A stretch of DNA of 64,000 bases from Thermoanaerobaculia bacterium. GTDB taxonomy: Bacteria > Acidobacteriota > Thermoanaerobaculia > Multivoradales > Multivoraceae. The stretch is taken from the NCBI GenBank assembly GCA_963666565.1, contig OY762911.1:1696001-1760000 (forward strand). The letters are read 5' to 3'. Both the position numbers and the translations under genes were made by a program. Shown one piece after another: positions 1 through 8,896 of this stretch (positions are counted from its first letter, which is position 1; each line of letters starts with the position of its first letter). The notes under the pieces are model-generated. The model was not told the DNA's origin, ran no database searches, and saw only the letters and a list, made by a program, of their open reading frames with translations.

Positions 1-1738
1 CACGTTGAAGGAGCTCGCGGTCCTTGACAATGGGCATGGCATGGATGGGCTCACCCTTAGGGGAAGCCTCCGATATGGGCACGGTACACGCCGTGCGAGA
101 CGGGGAATCGGCCGCTTTGGCCTCGGACTGCCTAACTCGTCCTTGTCGCAGGCCAGGCGAGTCGAGGTCTGGTCTTGGCAGGCTGGTGCGTCCAACGCTC
201 TCCACACATGGCTGGCGATAGAGGACGTGGAAGGCGGAGCGACGGAGATTCCGGAGCCGCGACTTCAAGCTCCACCGGCTGTGTATCTGGAGGCGAGCCG
301 GGTGCCCTTCTCCGAGTCCGGGACGCTGGTCGTTTGGAGGGAGTTGGACCGGGTCCAGTGGAAGAGCGCCGGTACTACCTTTAGTCATACGGAGTCGCTG
401 CTGGGGCGGATCTACCGTCGCTTTCTCGCATCGCCGACTGACCGCCTGCATGCGGAGGACCAACGAGGCAGGGACATTGGTGCGCAACGCCGCATCGTCT
501 GCATTCCCGTTGAAGAGGAAGCGGACGGGCTGAACGTCCGTGAGGACGCGATCGTGGAGGTGCGACCAAACGATCCGCTCTACCTGATGGCCGGCACGTC
601 GTGCCCTGAGCATTTCGGCGAAGGTCGGATGTTCGTGGAGCTCGAGTCCAGCCCCTTCTCGGTGCCGGTGCAGGTAGGCGACGAGACGCATGAGGTTCGA
701 GTGCGCGCGAGCTATGCCCGACCGCAGGTGCGCGACTCTGCCCACCCGGAGGCTGATTGGCCGGCCCGCTGGAGAGGTTCGGACGCTGGCCATACGGAAT
801 GGGGCAAACACGCCGACTCGAATCGGGGTGTCTCCTTGGTACGGGCCCATCGAGAGCTGCAGTTGGATGCTTCCTGGTTGAGCGGTGACGATCCGAGGGA
901 GAGATGGTGGACGGTCGAGATCGACTTTCCCACAGCGTTGGACGACGTGTTCGGCGTCACGAACAACAAACAGGGCGCCACGATTTTCCGGCGGCTCGCG
1001 CAGTACGACTACAGGCGGGACGCTCTTCCCGGTGAGAGCGTGGGCGACGTTCGTCGGCGGATGCAGGCCGATGGCGACACTCGCGTGTTTCTGCTTGACC
1101 TTCAGAAGCAGGTCAGGAACTGCATCAAGGCGATGCGCCCTCGCGTGAAGCAGGCGCGCAAGCGTAGGCACGACCAACGATCCAGTGAAGACGAACGGGC
1201 CGACGCGAAGGCCACGGTCGTGATCGAGCGCAGGGCCGAGGAAGGACACAAGGGGCGCTCTGATCAAGAGGGCGAGTCCACGAACGAGCAGGAGAAGAAG
1301 GAGAGGCAGCTTCAGTCCCTGGTCGAGAAACACCGCCTTGACCGGCCCGACGCCTTGCGGAGGATCGATGAGACGATCCGCGCCGGCAGCAGGGTCCGTT
1401 GGATACAGTCCGCCCAATCGAGCCCGGCCTTTTTCGACGTCGAGTCTCTCCCTAACGTGATTCAGGTCGCTCTCAACACGGATCATCCCGTGCACTCGGA
1501 TCTCTATGAGGTGATGCATCCGGATGTCGAGGATCTGAGCGAGCAGGAGGTTCGGGATCGCCTCGACAAGGCGGCGGCGGCTTTTCGTCTTCTTATCTAC
1601 TCTTGGGCGCGATTCGAGGAGGAGCAGACTACGCGGGACCGCAAGAACCTCCGCAACGCTCGCTACGAATGGGGGAAGTACGCTGAAGAGTTCTTCGACG
1701 AAGACGACGACTCGGTCATTGCCACGGACTTGGTCTGA
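1..1738 (+). CDS. MORC-like GHKL ATPase (HATPase_c_3 family), 5' end truncated by the window edge
   Basis: GHKL motifs VLDNGHGM (DxGxG) and IGRFGLGL; S5-like region GVTNNKQ; charged helical C-terminus. The N-box would lie upstream of the window. Confidence 0.8.
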   Translation, partial: TLKELAVLDNGHGMDGLTLRGSLRYGHGTRRARRGIGRFGLGLPNSSLSQARRVEVWSWQAGASNALHTWLAIEDVEGGATEIPEPRLQAPPAVYLEASRVPFSESGTLVVWRELDRVQWKSAGTTFSHTESLLGRIYRRFLASPTDRLHAEDQRGRDIGAQRRIVCIPVEEEADGLNVREDAIVEVRPNDPLYLMAGTSCPEHFGEGRMFVELESSPFSVPVQVGDETHEVRVRASYARPQVRDSAHPEADWPARWRGSDAGHTEWGKHADSNRGVSLVRAHRELQLDASWLSGDDPRERWWTVEIDFPTALDDVFGVTNNKQGATIFRRLAQYDYRRDALPGESVGDVRRRMQADGDTRVFLLDLQKQVRNCIKAMRPRVKQARKRRHDQRSSEDERADAKATVVIERRAEEGHKGRSDQEGESTNEQEKKERQLQSLVEKHRLDRPDALRRIDETIRAGSRVRWIQSAQSSPAFFDVESLPNVIQVALNTDHPVHSDLYEVMHPDVEDLSEQEVRDRLDKAAAAFRLLIYSWARFEEEQTTRDRKNLRNARYEWGKYAEEFFDEDDDSVIATDLV

Positions 1739-1741
1739 CCG

Positions 1742-2665
1742 ATGGCGGCGACGGTGCTTGCGACGGAAGGCGAACGGATTCGCGCTCTCTTTGCGGAGGA
1801 GAAGAGCAGTGTAGGCATTGTAGCTCCCTTCGTCAAGGTAGATGCCCTACGATCGTTGCTCGACGTGCTGGACGATGGCGTCCCGGTCAGATGCATCACG
1901 AGATGGCGCCCGCGGGAAGTGGCTGCAGGCGTGTCGGATCCAGAGATTCTGGAAGTACTCGATGACCGGGGGAACTCGACGGTCTCGATAGTGGATGAAC
2001 TCCACGCGAAACTCTACTTCGCCGGGGACAGATGCCTCGCAGGTTCGGCCAACGTCACGAGAGCAGGCTTCGGCGAGAGTACCGGCGGTGGGAACATCGA
2101 GGTTCTCGTCGAAACATCGATGACTGATCCTTCTGTGGCGGCCACTCTGGCGAGGATCGGCGAGCTCGAGAGGCCCGTGTCCAGGAGCATGGCGGATGCG
2201 GTGCGGCGTTTGGCCGACATTCTGGTGACATCGCCCCGACCGGTAGCGGACATGGAGGCACGTTGGTTGCCGCTGAGCAGAAGACCCGAGCAGGCGTACC
2301 GGCAGTACTCCACCCCCTCCGCGGCCTTTGTGTCAAGTGCAGATCGATTGCTTCTTGAGGATGTAGCGATGGCGGATGTTCCGGCTGGTCTTGCCGAGCA
2401 GGAGTTCAGGGAGTCCATTCGTGGCGTGCTCGCGGAGACGCCTCTCGGTGCATCGTTGTTGGGACGGGAGGAAGACGTGGTAGTGACGCGCGGGGAGCTA
2501 GGTGAGGAGCTTCGGGAATCGGCGAGGCAGGCAGGGGGTGGCTTTACGGAGGAGGATGTTTGGCGCGGTCTCGTGGAGTGGATGACGCACTTCTTTCCGG
2601 AGAAGCTGATGAAGCAGGAAGTGGCCGAGATCGCTCTGCGCCGCGCTCGGGTACTCGATCACTGA
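1742..2665 (+). CDS. PLD-family (Nuc/BfiI-like) nuclease domain protein
   Basis: IVAPF, LHAKLY...GSANVT and NIE motifs of single-HKD PLD nucleases; starts 3 bp after the ATPase stop. Confidence 0.75.
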   Translation: MAATVLATEGERIRALFAEEKSSVGIVAPFVKVDALRSLLDVLDDGVPVRCITRWRPREVAAGVSDPEILEVLDDRGNSTVSIVDELHAKLYFAGDRCLAGSANVTRAGFGESTGGGNIEVLVETSMTDPSVAATLARIGELERPVSRSMADAVRRLADILVTSPRPVADMEARWLPLSRRPEQAYRQYSTPSAAFVSSADRLLLEDVAMADVPAGLAEQEFRESIRGVLAETPLGASLLGREEDVVVTRGELGEELRESARQAGGGFTEEDVWRGLVEWMTHFFPEKLMKQEVAEIALRRARVLDH

Positions 2666-2860
2666 GTCCCCTGCGCTCCGCGTTGTTCTCACCGCTTCGT
2701 GGCTCTTCAGGTAGGCCACAGCGCGCAGGAACCGCATGCTCCGTTACTCGCGCTCTGGAGTGGAGCGCAATGCCGCCACCGTCAAGCGGCCTCTGCGCCG
2801 GGTCGGCAAGGGACGGGAAGCACACGCGATGCTGGGGATTGCAGCCCTGTGCACTGACCA

Positions 2861-2888
2861 GCGTGTCAGAAGACCCGCGCACCCAGCG
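2861..2888 (-). repeat. REP-like hairpin copy
   Basis: Reverse strand reads GGTGC-GCGGGTC-TTCT-GACACGC, matching the dispersed family. Confidence 0.7.
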
Positions 2889-2900
2889 CTGGCGCCCGGA

Positions 2901-3854
2901 TCAGAACCGGTACCGCAACCCCGCCGACACGCCTACGTACCCGATCCCTCCGAACTCCAGGTCGCTCGTGAAGGGCGTCGTGCCGTCCGCCTGGACGGGC
3001 ACGTGGCTGCGGATCAGGGTCCAGCCGGCGCTTCCGGTGAGGTCGGCGAACCGGGTCCAGCGGGCCTTGATGGTGAAGGACGTCCGGTCTCCCAGGGCGT
3101 GGTCGAGGCCGGCGAGGATCTGGTAGCCGAAGACACTCTCGCGAAACTCGCTGTCGAACAGGCTGAGACTGCCGGCCGCGGCGGCGGGGCGGTCCGCCAG
3201 GGTCAGCGGCGGCGCCACGTCCTGGTAGCCCTCGGCGAGCGTCTTGCGGACCAGTCGCGCCCCGTAGCGGAGGTTCGTGCGCGCCCAGCCGGCGCCGATG
3301 CCCAGGTACGGGGTCCACGACGAGTCGTTCTCGAAGTCCCAGTACGCGTTGACGAAGAACTCCCGGCTGCTGAAGTCGGAGACGCTTTCGGTGGGCGGGT
3401 CGACCGGGCTCCACTCGTTGCCCTTGCCGGCGAGGGCCACGTTGCCGCTTGCGGTGCGAAGCGGCACGATCTGTCCGCCCTGGTGGCGGCTCAGATGCTC
3501 GAGTTCCAGACGGAGCTTGCCCAGGTCGTAGCCGATGCTGACGCCACCGGCGAACTTCGCGCCCAGATCGAAGCTGTTGTCGAAGAGCGGCCTGCTCGTG
3601 TTGTCCCGGCACGCGGCGTCGGTCGAGGGCGCCATGCGGGGGTCGGGGTACAGGAGCGCGTCGCACTTCGTCGGGTGGTTGACGGCGGTCAATACCGATT
3701 CGAGCGTCGCGGCGTCCGCCACGCCGGTTTCGAAGCCCACGTAGAAGCCGCGGTCGCGATCGTCGGCGCCGGCCTGGACGGGAATGGCGAGGAGGCAGAG
3801 AGCGAGGGCCGGAAACAGGACTCCCGGGCTGGACTGCGCGAGGGGCGTCTTCAT
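2901..3854 (-). CDS. Outer-membrane beta-barrel protein (opacity/OmpA-like)
   Basis: ATG at 3854 with GGAG upstream; signal peptide; GFYVG, LRLELE, NAYWDF, PYLGIGAGWA, YQILAG motifs; terminal GLRYRF. Confidence 0.8.
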   Translation of the reverse strand: MKTPLAQSSPGVLFPALALCLLAIPVQAGADDRDRGFYVGFETGVADAATLESVLTAVNHPTKCDALLYPDPRMAPSTDAACRDNTSRPLFDNSFDLGAKFAGGVSIGYDLGKLRLELEHLSRHQGGQIVPLRTASGNVALAGKGNEWSPVDPPTESVSDFSSREFFVNAYWDFENDSSWTPYLGIGAGWARTNLRYGARLVRKTLAEGYQDVAPPLTLADRPAAAAGSLSLFDSEFRESVFGYQILAGLDHALGDRTSFTIKARWTRFADLTGSAGWTLIRSHVPVQADGTTPFTSDLEFGGIGYVGVSAGLRYRF

Positions 3855-3986
3855 CGGCGGACTCCTTGACGGCCATCGGCTGGCCGCGTGACGGTGGGAT
3901 CGGCTCGGCCGTTCCCGATTTGCGACGGCGCTGGGCGTGTCGGCGAAACGGCCGTTGCTGGTCGGCATCGAGCCTATTCCGTGCCG

Positions 3987-4718
3987 TTACGGGCGCCTGC
4001 AGACGAACAGTTCGTACTCGCCGGGTTCCATCTCCGAGTGGTCGCAGGGCACCGCTTCGGCTTCGAACCCCGCGTCGGCGAGCAAGCCGAGCCAGTCGCC
4101 GCGCCGGAACAGGCCGGTCACGTGCCGGTCGTGCACCACCTCGACGCTGCCGTCCGCGTCGCGCAGCAGGAAGGCGTAGTCGGTCGTGATCGTCGTGTCC
4201 TCGGGGTCGGGATCCCAGCAACGCTCCAGGTAGTGGGCGCTCCGGTCGCCGCCGTCGCAGCCGCCGCAGTCGGTCCTGGGCTGGAAGTTCTCGCGCAGGT
4301 GATCCGGCGCGAACAGTGCGGCGCCGCCGGGCCGGCAGTGGACCCGGGCGGTCTCGACGGCGGCGCGCAGGTCGTCGAGCGTCGTCATGTAGTCGATCGC
4401 GTCGTGGATGAAGACGCAGTCGAACGTCCGGTCGAGCCGGACGGTCCGCATGTCGCCCTCGACGTGGCGGCACTCGGGGTTGAGGTTCCGGCTCATCGCC
4501 AGCATTCCGGGCGACAGGTCGACCAGGGTCATCTCGAAACGCGCCTTGAGGTGGGATGCGTTGTGGCCGCCGCCGCTGCCGAGTTCGAGCATGGTCCGCG
4601 CCGGGCCGTTGCAGGCTTGGAGGAGGCGCCGCAGGTAGATCCCGGCTTCCTCCTCGTACTCCGCGGGGGGCGAGATGAGCGGCCACCAGGGCGCGATCTC
4701 GGCGTAGAGCTTGGGCAT
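3987..4718 (-). CDS. Class I SAM-dependent methyltransferase
   Basis: LELGSGGG motif I, VDLS, GDMR, FDCVFIHDAIDY; start MPKLY at 4718. Confidence 0.85.
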   Translation of the reverse strand: MPKLYAEIAPWWPLISPPAEYEEEAGIYLRRLLQACNGPARTMLELGSGGGHNASHLKARFEMTLVDLSPGMLAMSRNLNPECRHVEGDMRTVRLDRTFDCVFIHDAIDYMTTLDDLRAAVETARVHCRPGGAALFAPDHLRENFQPRTDCGGCDGGDRSAHYLERCWDPDPEDTTITTDYAFLLRDADGSVEVVHDRHVTGLFRRGDWLGLLADAGFEAEAVPCDHSEMEPGEYELFVCRRP

Positions 4719-4761
4719 GGCGGAGTGGAGGATACGGGCTCGCCGCTTCGCGGCGTCGCCC

Positions 4762-4817
4762 GGATGCGGGTCGGAAGACCCGCGCACCCGGCGGTTGGAA
4801 GACCCGCGCACCCAGCG
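4762..4817 (-). repeat. Two tandem REP-like copies
   Basis: GCGGGTCGGAAGACCCGCGCACC and GGTTGGAAGACCCGCGCACCCAG. Confidence 0.75.
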
Positions 4818-4818
4818 A

Positions 4819-6630
4819 TCAGAACGCCTCGCTCCAGGGGCGGCTCAGCCGGAGCGCGGAGTTGATCAGGCCGACCATGGAGTAGGTCTGGGGAAAGTTG
4901 CCCCAGAGTTCGCCGGTCGCGGGGTCGAGGTCTTCGGAGAGCAGCCCTACCGGGTTGCGGCGTTCGAGCATTCGCTCGAAGAGGTCGCGGGCCTCCTCGC
5001 GGCGGCCGAGGGCGTTGATCGCGTCGATGTACCAGAAGCTGCAGACGGCGAAGGAGGTGGCCGGGGCGCCGAAGTCGTCTTCCCGGTAGCGGAAGAAGTT
5101 GCTGCCGCTCCGCAGCGGTTCGAGGGAATCGACGGTGGCGGCGAAGCGGGGGTCGGCGGCGTCGAGGAAACCCAGGTCGTGGAGCAGCAGCAGGCTGGCG
5201 TCGATGCCTTCGCCGTCCAGCGTGGCGGCCAGGCCGCCGGCGCCGGTCTCGGCGTTCTCCAGGACATGCTCCCGGATCGCGGCGGCGCGGCCCGTCCAGT
5301 GCCTCTCCCGGTCGGCCAGGCCGAGCGCCGTCGCGATGCGCGCCAAGCGGTCGCAGGCGGCCCAGCACATGACGCTCGAGAACGTGTGGACGGCGCTCCG
5401 CTGCCGGAACTCCCAGAGGCCGGCGTCGGGCCGGTCGAAGAGGGCCGCGGCCTGGTCGCCGAGCTGCTCCAGCCAGCCGAACACGCGCCGGCTGCCGGGC
5501 ACGACGAGCCGCCGGTCGAAGAAGCTCTGGGTGACGGCCAGGATCGCGCTGCCGTAGTTGTCGTTCTGGAGCTGGCGCCAGGCGTCGTTGCCTACCCGCA
5601 CCGGCCCCATCCCGCGGTAGCCGGGCAGGCTGTCGACGGTGCGTTCCGTAATCTCCCGCTCGAACTTGATCCCGTAGACCGGCTGCAGCACGCCGCCCTC
5701 GGCCGCCGCGGCGAGGTTCGTGATGTAGCCGAGGTAGCCCTCCATCGTGCGGGTGGCGCCCAGCCGGTTGAGCGCCTGGACGACGAAGTGGGAGTCCCGC
5801 AGCCAGCAGAAGCGGTAGTCCCAGTTGCGGCCGCTGTCGGGCGCTTCGGGGATCGACGTGGTCATCGCCGCCAGCACCGCCCCGGTCTCCTCGAAGCTGC
5901 AGAGCTGCAGAGTGATCGCGGCCCGGATCACCGCCTCCTGCCACTCGAACGGCACGGCCAGGTGGCGCACGAACTCGCGCCACCAGGTCTCCGTCCGGCT
6001 GCGGAACTCGCGCGCCACGGAGTCGACCGGCTCGGTCAGGCTCTCGTCCGGGCCGAGCAGCAGGGTCAGCTGCTGCTCCAGGACGAAGGCGATCTCGTCC
6101 GTGATCAGCGAGACCGGCGCATCGGTGGTCAGCCGCAGGGTCAGGTCCGGGCCGACGTAGCGGACGTGGTTGCTGCCGCGGGTCACCTCCGGGCGGCGCG
6201 CACCGTAGTCGAACCGCGGCCGCAGCCGGATGCGGATGCGGGGTTCGCCGGCGACGCGTTCGACGGTGCGGACGATCGTCGTGGGCCGGAAGGAGCGGCC
6301 GAACTGTTCGAACCGGGGCGCGAAGTCGGTGATGCGGACCGCGGCGCCGGCATCGTCGCGGAGCGTCGTCACCAGGATCGCGGTGTTCTCGATGTAGTGC
6401 TGTTCGCTCTCGCGGAATCCCTCGATCACGACGTCGAAGAAGCCGCCGGCCTCGGGATCGCGGGCGCCGTCGTCGCTTCCGTTGCCGCCCAGCAGTGAGT
6501 GGAAGACGGGGTCGCCGTCGAAGTGGGGCAGGCAGGCCCAGCAGATCCGGCCGCGCGGGTCGATCAGCGCCCCGAAGCCGCAGTTCCCGATCACGCCCCC
6601 ATCGAGCGGCCGCACTTCCTCACTCGTCAC
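4819..6630 (-). CDS. Glycoside hydrolase family 15 (trehalase/glucoamylase-like)
   Basis: TTSIPE, RNWDYRFCWLRDS, DAGLWEFR, GLLSED, WGNFPQTYS; GTG start overlaps the otsB stop (GTGA). Confidence 0.9.
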   Translation of the reverse strand: MTSEEVRPLDGGVIGNCGFGALIDPRGRICWACLPHFDGDPVFHSLLGGNGSDDGARDPEAGGFFDVVIEGFRESEQHYIENTAILVTTLRDDAGAAVRITDFAPRFEQFGRSFRPTTIVRTVERVAGEPRIRIRLRPRFDYGARRPEVTRGSNHVRYVGPDLTLRLTTDAPVSLITDEIAFVLEQQLTLLLGPDESLTEPVDSVAREFRSRTETWWREFVRHLAVPFEWQEAVIRAAITLQLCSFEETGAVLAAMTTSIPEAPDSGRNWDYRFCWLRDSHFVVQALNRLGATRTMEGYLGYITNLAAAAEGGVLQPVYGIKFEREITERTVDSLPGYRGMGPVRVGNDAWRQLQNDNYGSAILAVTQSFFDRRLVVPGSRRVFGWLEQLGDQAAALFDRPDAGLWEFRQRSAVHTFSSVMCWAACDRLARIATALGLADRERHWTGRAAAIREHVLENAETGAGGLAATLDGEGIDASLLLLHDLGFLDAADPRFAATVDSLEPLRSGSNFFRYREDDFGAPATSFAVCSFWYIDAINALGRREEARDLFERMLERRNPVGLLSEDLDPATGELWGNFPQTYSMVGLINSALRLSRPWSEAF

Positions 6631-7430
6631 GGCTTCTCCAGACCGTCGCACAGCGCCTCCAGCCACCGGTGCAGCTCCGGCACGCCGCTCAGCCCGTACC
6701 GGGCGTTGCTGGTCCGGCCGGCTTCGGCCGCCAGGCCGACGACGATCGCCGCGCCGCCGGCGTTCTGGGCGGCCTCGAACCCTTCCTCGTCGGTGATGTC
6801 GTCGCCGACGAACACCGGCGCCCGTCCCCGGAAGGGCGCCTCGGCCATGAAGTCCTCCACCACGGTGCGCTTGTTCGGGCGGTGAGGCTTCAGTTCCAGC
6901 ACCATCTTGCCCTCCTGGACCCGGTAGGCGGAACCGAGCGCGGCCCGCACCCGCTCCATTTCTTCGCGAGCGGCGGCCTTGGCGCCGGCGGCCCGCCGGT
7001 AGTGGAGCGCCAGGGTCGCCGACTTGTCTTCGAGCAGCGTTCCGGGGTGTTCCGCCACGAAGCGCTCCAGTTCTCGGCGCGCCGGATCGAGAACCGCCGA
7101 GCCGTCGCTCCGGCTCACCTCGCCGGCCGCCGACCGCCGCTCCAGGCCGTGCAGCCCGGCCGCCGGCAACTCAAGCGGCTCGAAGAAACCGTCGAGGACC
7201 GCGAGCGACCGCCCGCTCGCCAGCGCCAACGCGCCGCCGAGGCTCTCCCTCAGCCGGGCCAGCAGGTTGCCGACGCCCTCGTCGACGCGAACCGCGTCGG
7301 GCGCCTCCGCGATCTCGATCAGCGTGCCATCGACATCCAGGAACAGCGCCCAGGACGACGGCGGGGGCGCGCCGGACCCGGCTTTCAGCAAGTCCCAGGC
7401 CGCGTGTGGAGGATGCGCTTTCTGGTTCAC
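6627..7430 (-). CDS. otsB: Trehalose-6-phosphate phosphatase
   Basis: HAD motifs FLDVDGTL, SGR, GLHGLE, GKMVLELKP, VGDDITDE; GTG at 7430 with GGAGG upstream. Confidence 0.9.
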   Translation of the reverse strand: MNQKAHPPHAAWDLLKAGSGAPPPSSWALFLDVDGTLIEIAEAPDAVRVDEGVGNLLARLRESLGGALALASGRSLAVLDGFFEPLELPAAGLHGLERRSAAGEVSRSDGSAVLDPARRELERFVAEHPGTLLEDKSATLALHYRRAAGAKAAAREEMERVRAALGSAYRVQEGKMVLELKPHRPNKRTVVEDFMAEAPFRGRAPVFVGDDITDEEGFEAAQNAGGAAIVVGLAAEAGRTSNARYGLSGVPELHRWLEALCDGLEKP

Positions 7431-7470
7431 ACGGGCCGACCTCCGACGATCCCTTACGATACAGAAACCG

Positions 7471-8868
7471 ATGGCTCCCCAACCCCGGCCGGCGGCGCGG
7501 CAGTCCGAACTCGTCATCGTGGCGAACACGCTGCCCGTGCGCCGCGAGGAGGTGGACGGCGAACCGGGCTGGGTGCAGAGCCCGGGCGGCCTGGTCAGCG
7601 CGTTGTCGCCGATCGTCCGCGAGGCGGGCGGTTGCTGGGTCGGCTGGACCGGCGGCGCCGACGACGCGCCCGAGCCGTTCCGCCACGAGGGCATCCTGAA
7701 CGTGCCGGTGCCGCTGTCGGCCGCCGAGGTCGCCGGCTCCTACCAGGGGATGTGCAACTCCACCCTGTGGCCGCTCTACCACGACGCGGTACGTCCGCCC
7801 GAGTACCACCGGCACTGGTGGAACCCCTACGTCGAGGTCAACCGGCGCTTCGCCGAAGAGGCGGCGCGACGTACCGCGCCCGGCGGCAGGGTGTGGATCC
7901 AGGACTACCACCTGCAACTCGTGCCGCGCATGCTGCGCGAACTCCGGCCGGACATCAGCTCCGGTTTCTTCCTCCACATTCCGTTCCCGCCGATCGAACT
8001 GTTCCTGCGCCTTCCCTGGCGGCGCGCCTTGCTCGAGGGGCTGCTCGGCGCGGACGTCGTCGGCTTCCAGACCCAGGCCGGCGCCGACAACTTCACGCGG
8101 CTCGCGGACCGGCTGATCGAGGCCGAGCCGCGGGGCGAGACGATCCGCTACCAGGGGCGCGACATCCGGGTCGGCGCGTTCCCCATCTCCATCGACACGG
8201 ACCGCTACGCGAACGCGGCGCTGTCGCCCGGGATCCGCGAGCGCGCCGAGGAACTCCAGCAGCTTCGCCGCGGCCGGAAGATCATCCTCTCCGTCGACCG
8301 CCTGGACTACACGAAGGGCATCGACCTGCGGCTCAAGGCGTTCCTCGAATGGCTGGGGCGCGAGAACCGGTCGATCCGCGACGCGGTGATGGTCCAGGTC
8401 GCCGTGCCGAGCCGGGAGCGCATCTCGGAGTACCGGATCCTGCGCCGCGACGTCGAGGAGCTCGTCGGCCAGATCAACGGGAAGTACGGCGAACTCGGCG
8501 TCGTGCCGGTGCAGTACTTCCGGCGCAACTTGCCGTTCGAGGAACTGATCGCCTTCTACCTCGTGGCCGACGTGATGCTGGTGACGCCGCTCTGCGACGG
8601 CATGAACCTGGTCGCCAAGGAGTACGTCGCCACCCGGCTCGAGGACGACGGCGTGCTCGTGCTGAGCGAGTTCGCGGGCGCGGCCGACGAGCTGCCGGAC
8701 GCCCTGCTCGTGAACCCCCACGACGTGAACGCGATGGCCGCGACCATCGAGCGGGCGATTACGCTCGATCCGGGCGACGGAGCGCGCCGGATGAAGGCCA
8801 TGCGCGAGGTGGTGCGGCGGCACTCCGTCCACGAATGGGCGGCGCAGTTCATCGAGGCCCTGGCCTGA
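7471..8868 (+). CDS. otsA: Trehalose-6-phosphate synthase (GT20)
   Basis: SPGGLVSAL, LWPLYH, WIQDYHL, FLHIPFP, VDRLDYTKG, DGMNLVAKEY, LSEFAGAA. Confidence 0.93.
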   Translation: MAPQPRPAARQSELVIVANTLPVRREEVDGEPGWVQSPGGLVSALSPIVREAGGCWVGWTGGADDAPEPFRHEGILNVPVPLSAAEVAGSYQGMCNSTLWPLYHDAVRPPEYHRHWWNPYVEVNRRFAEEAARRTAPGGRVWIQDYHLQLVPRMLRELRPDISSGFFLHIPFPPIELFLRLPWRRALLEGLLGADVVGFQTQAGADNFTRLADRLIEAEPRGETIRYQGRDIRVGAFPISIDTDRYANAALSPGIRERAEELQQLRRGRKIILSVDRLDYTKGIDLRLKAFLEWLGRENRSIRDAVMVQVAVPSRERISEYRILRRDVEELVGQINGKYGELGVVPVQYFRRNLPFEELIAFYLVADVMLVTPLCDGMNLVAKEYVATRLEDDGVLVLSEFAGAADELPDALLVNPHDVNAMAATIERAITLDPGDGARRMKAMREVVRRHSVHEWAAQFIEALA

Positions 8869-8896
8869 CGCGAATGAAGCGGCGGAGCGTACGACC

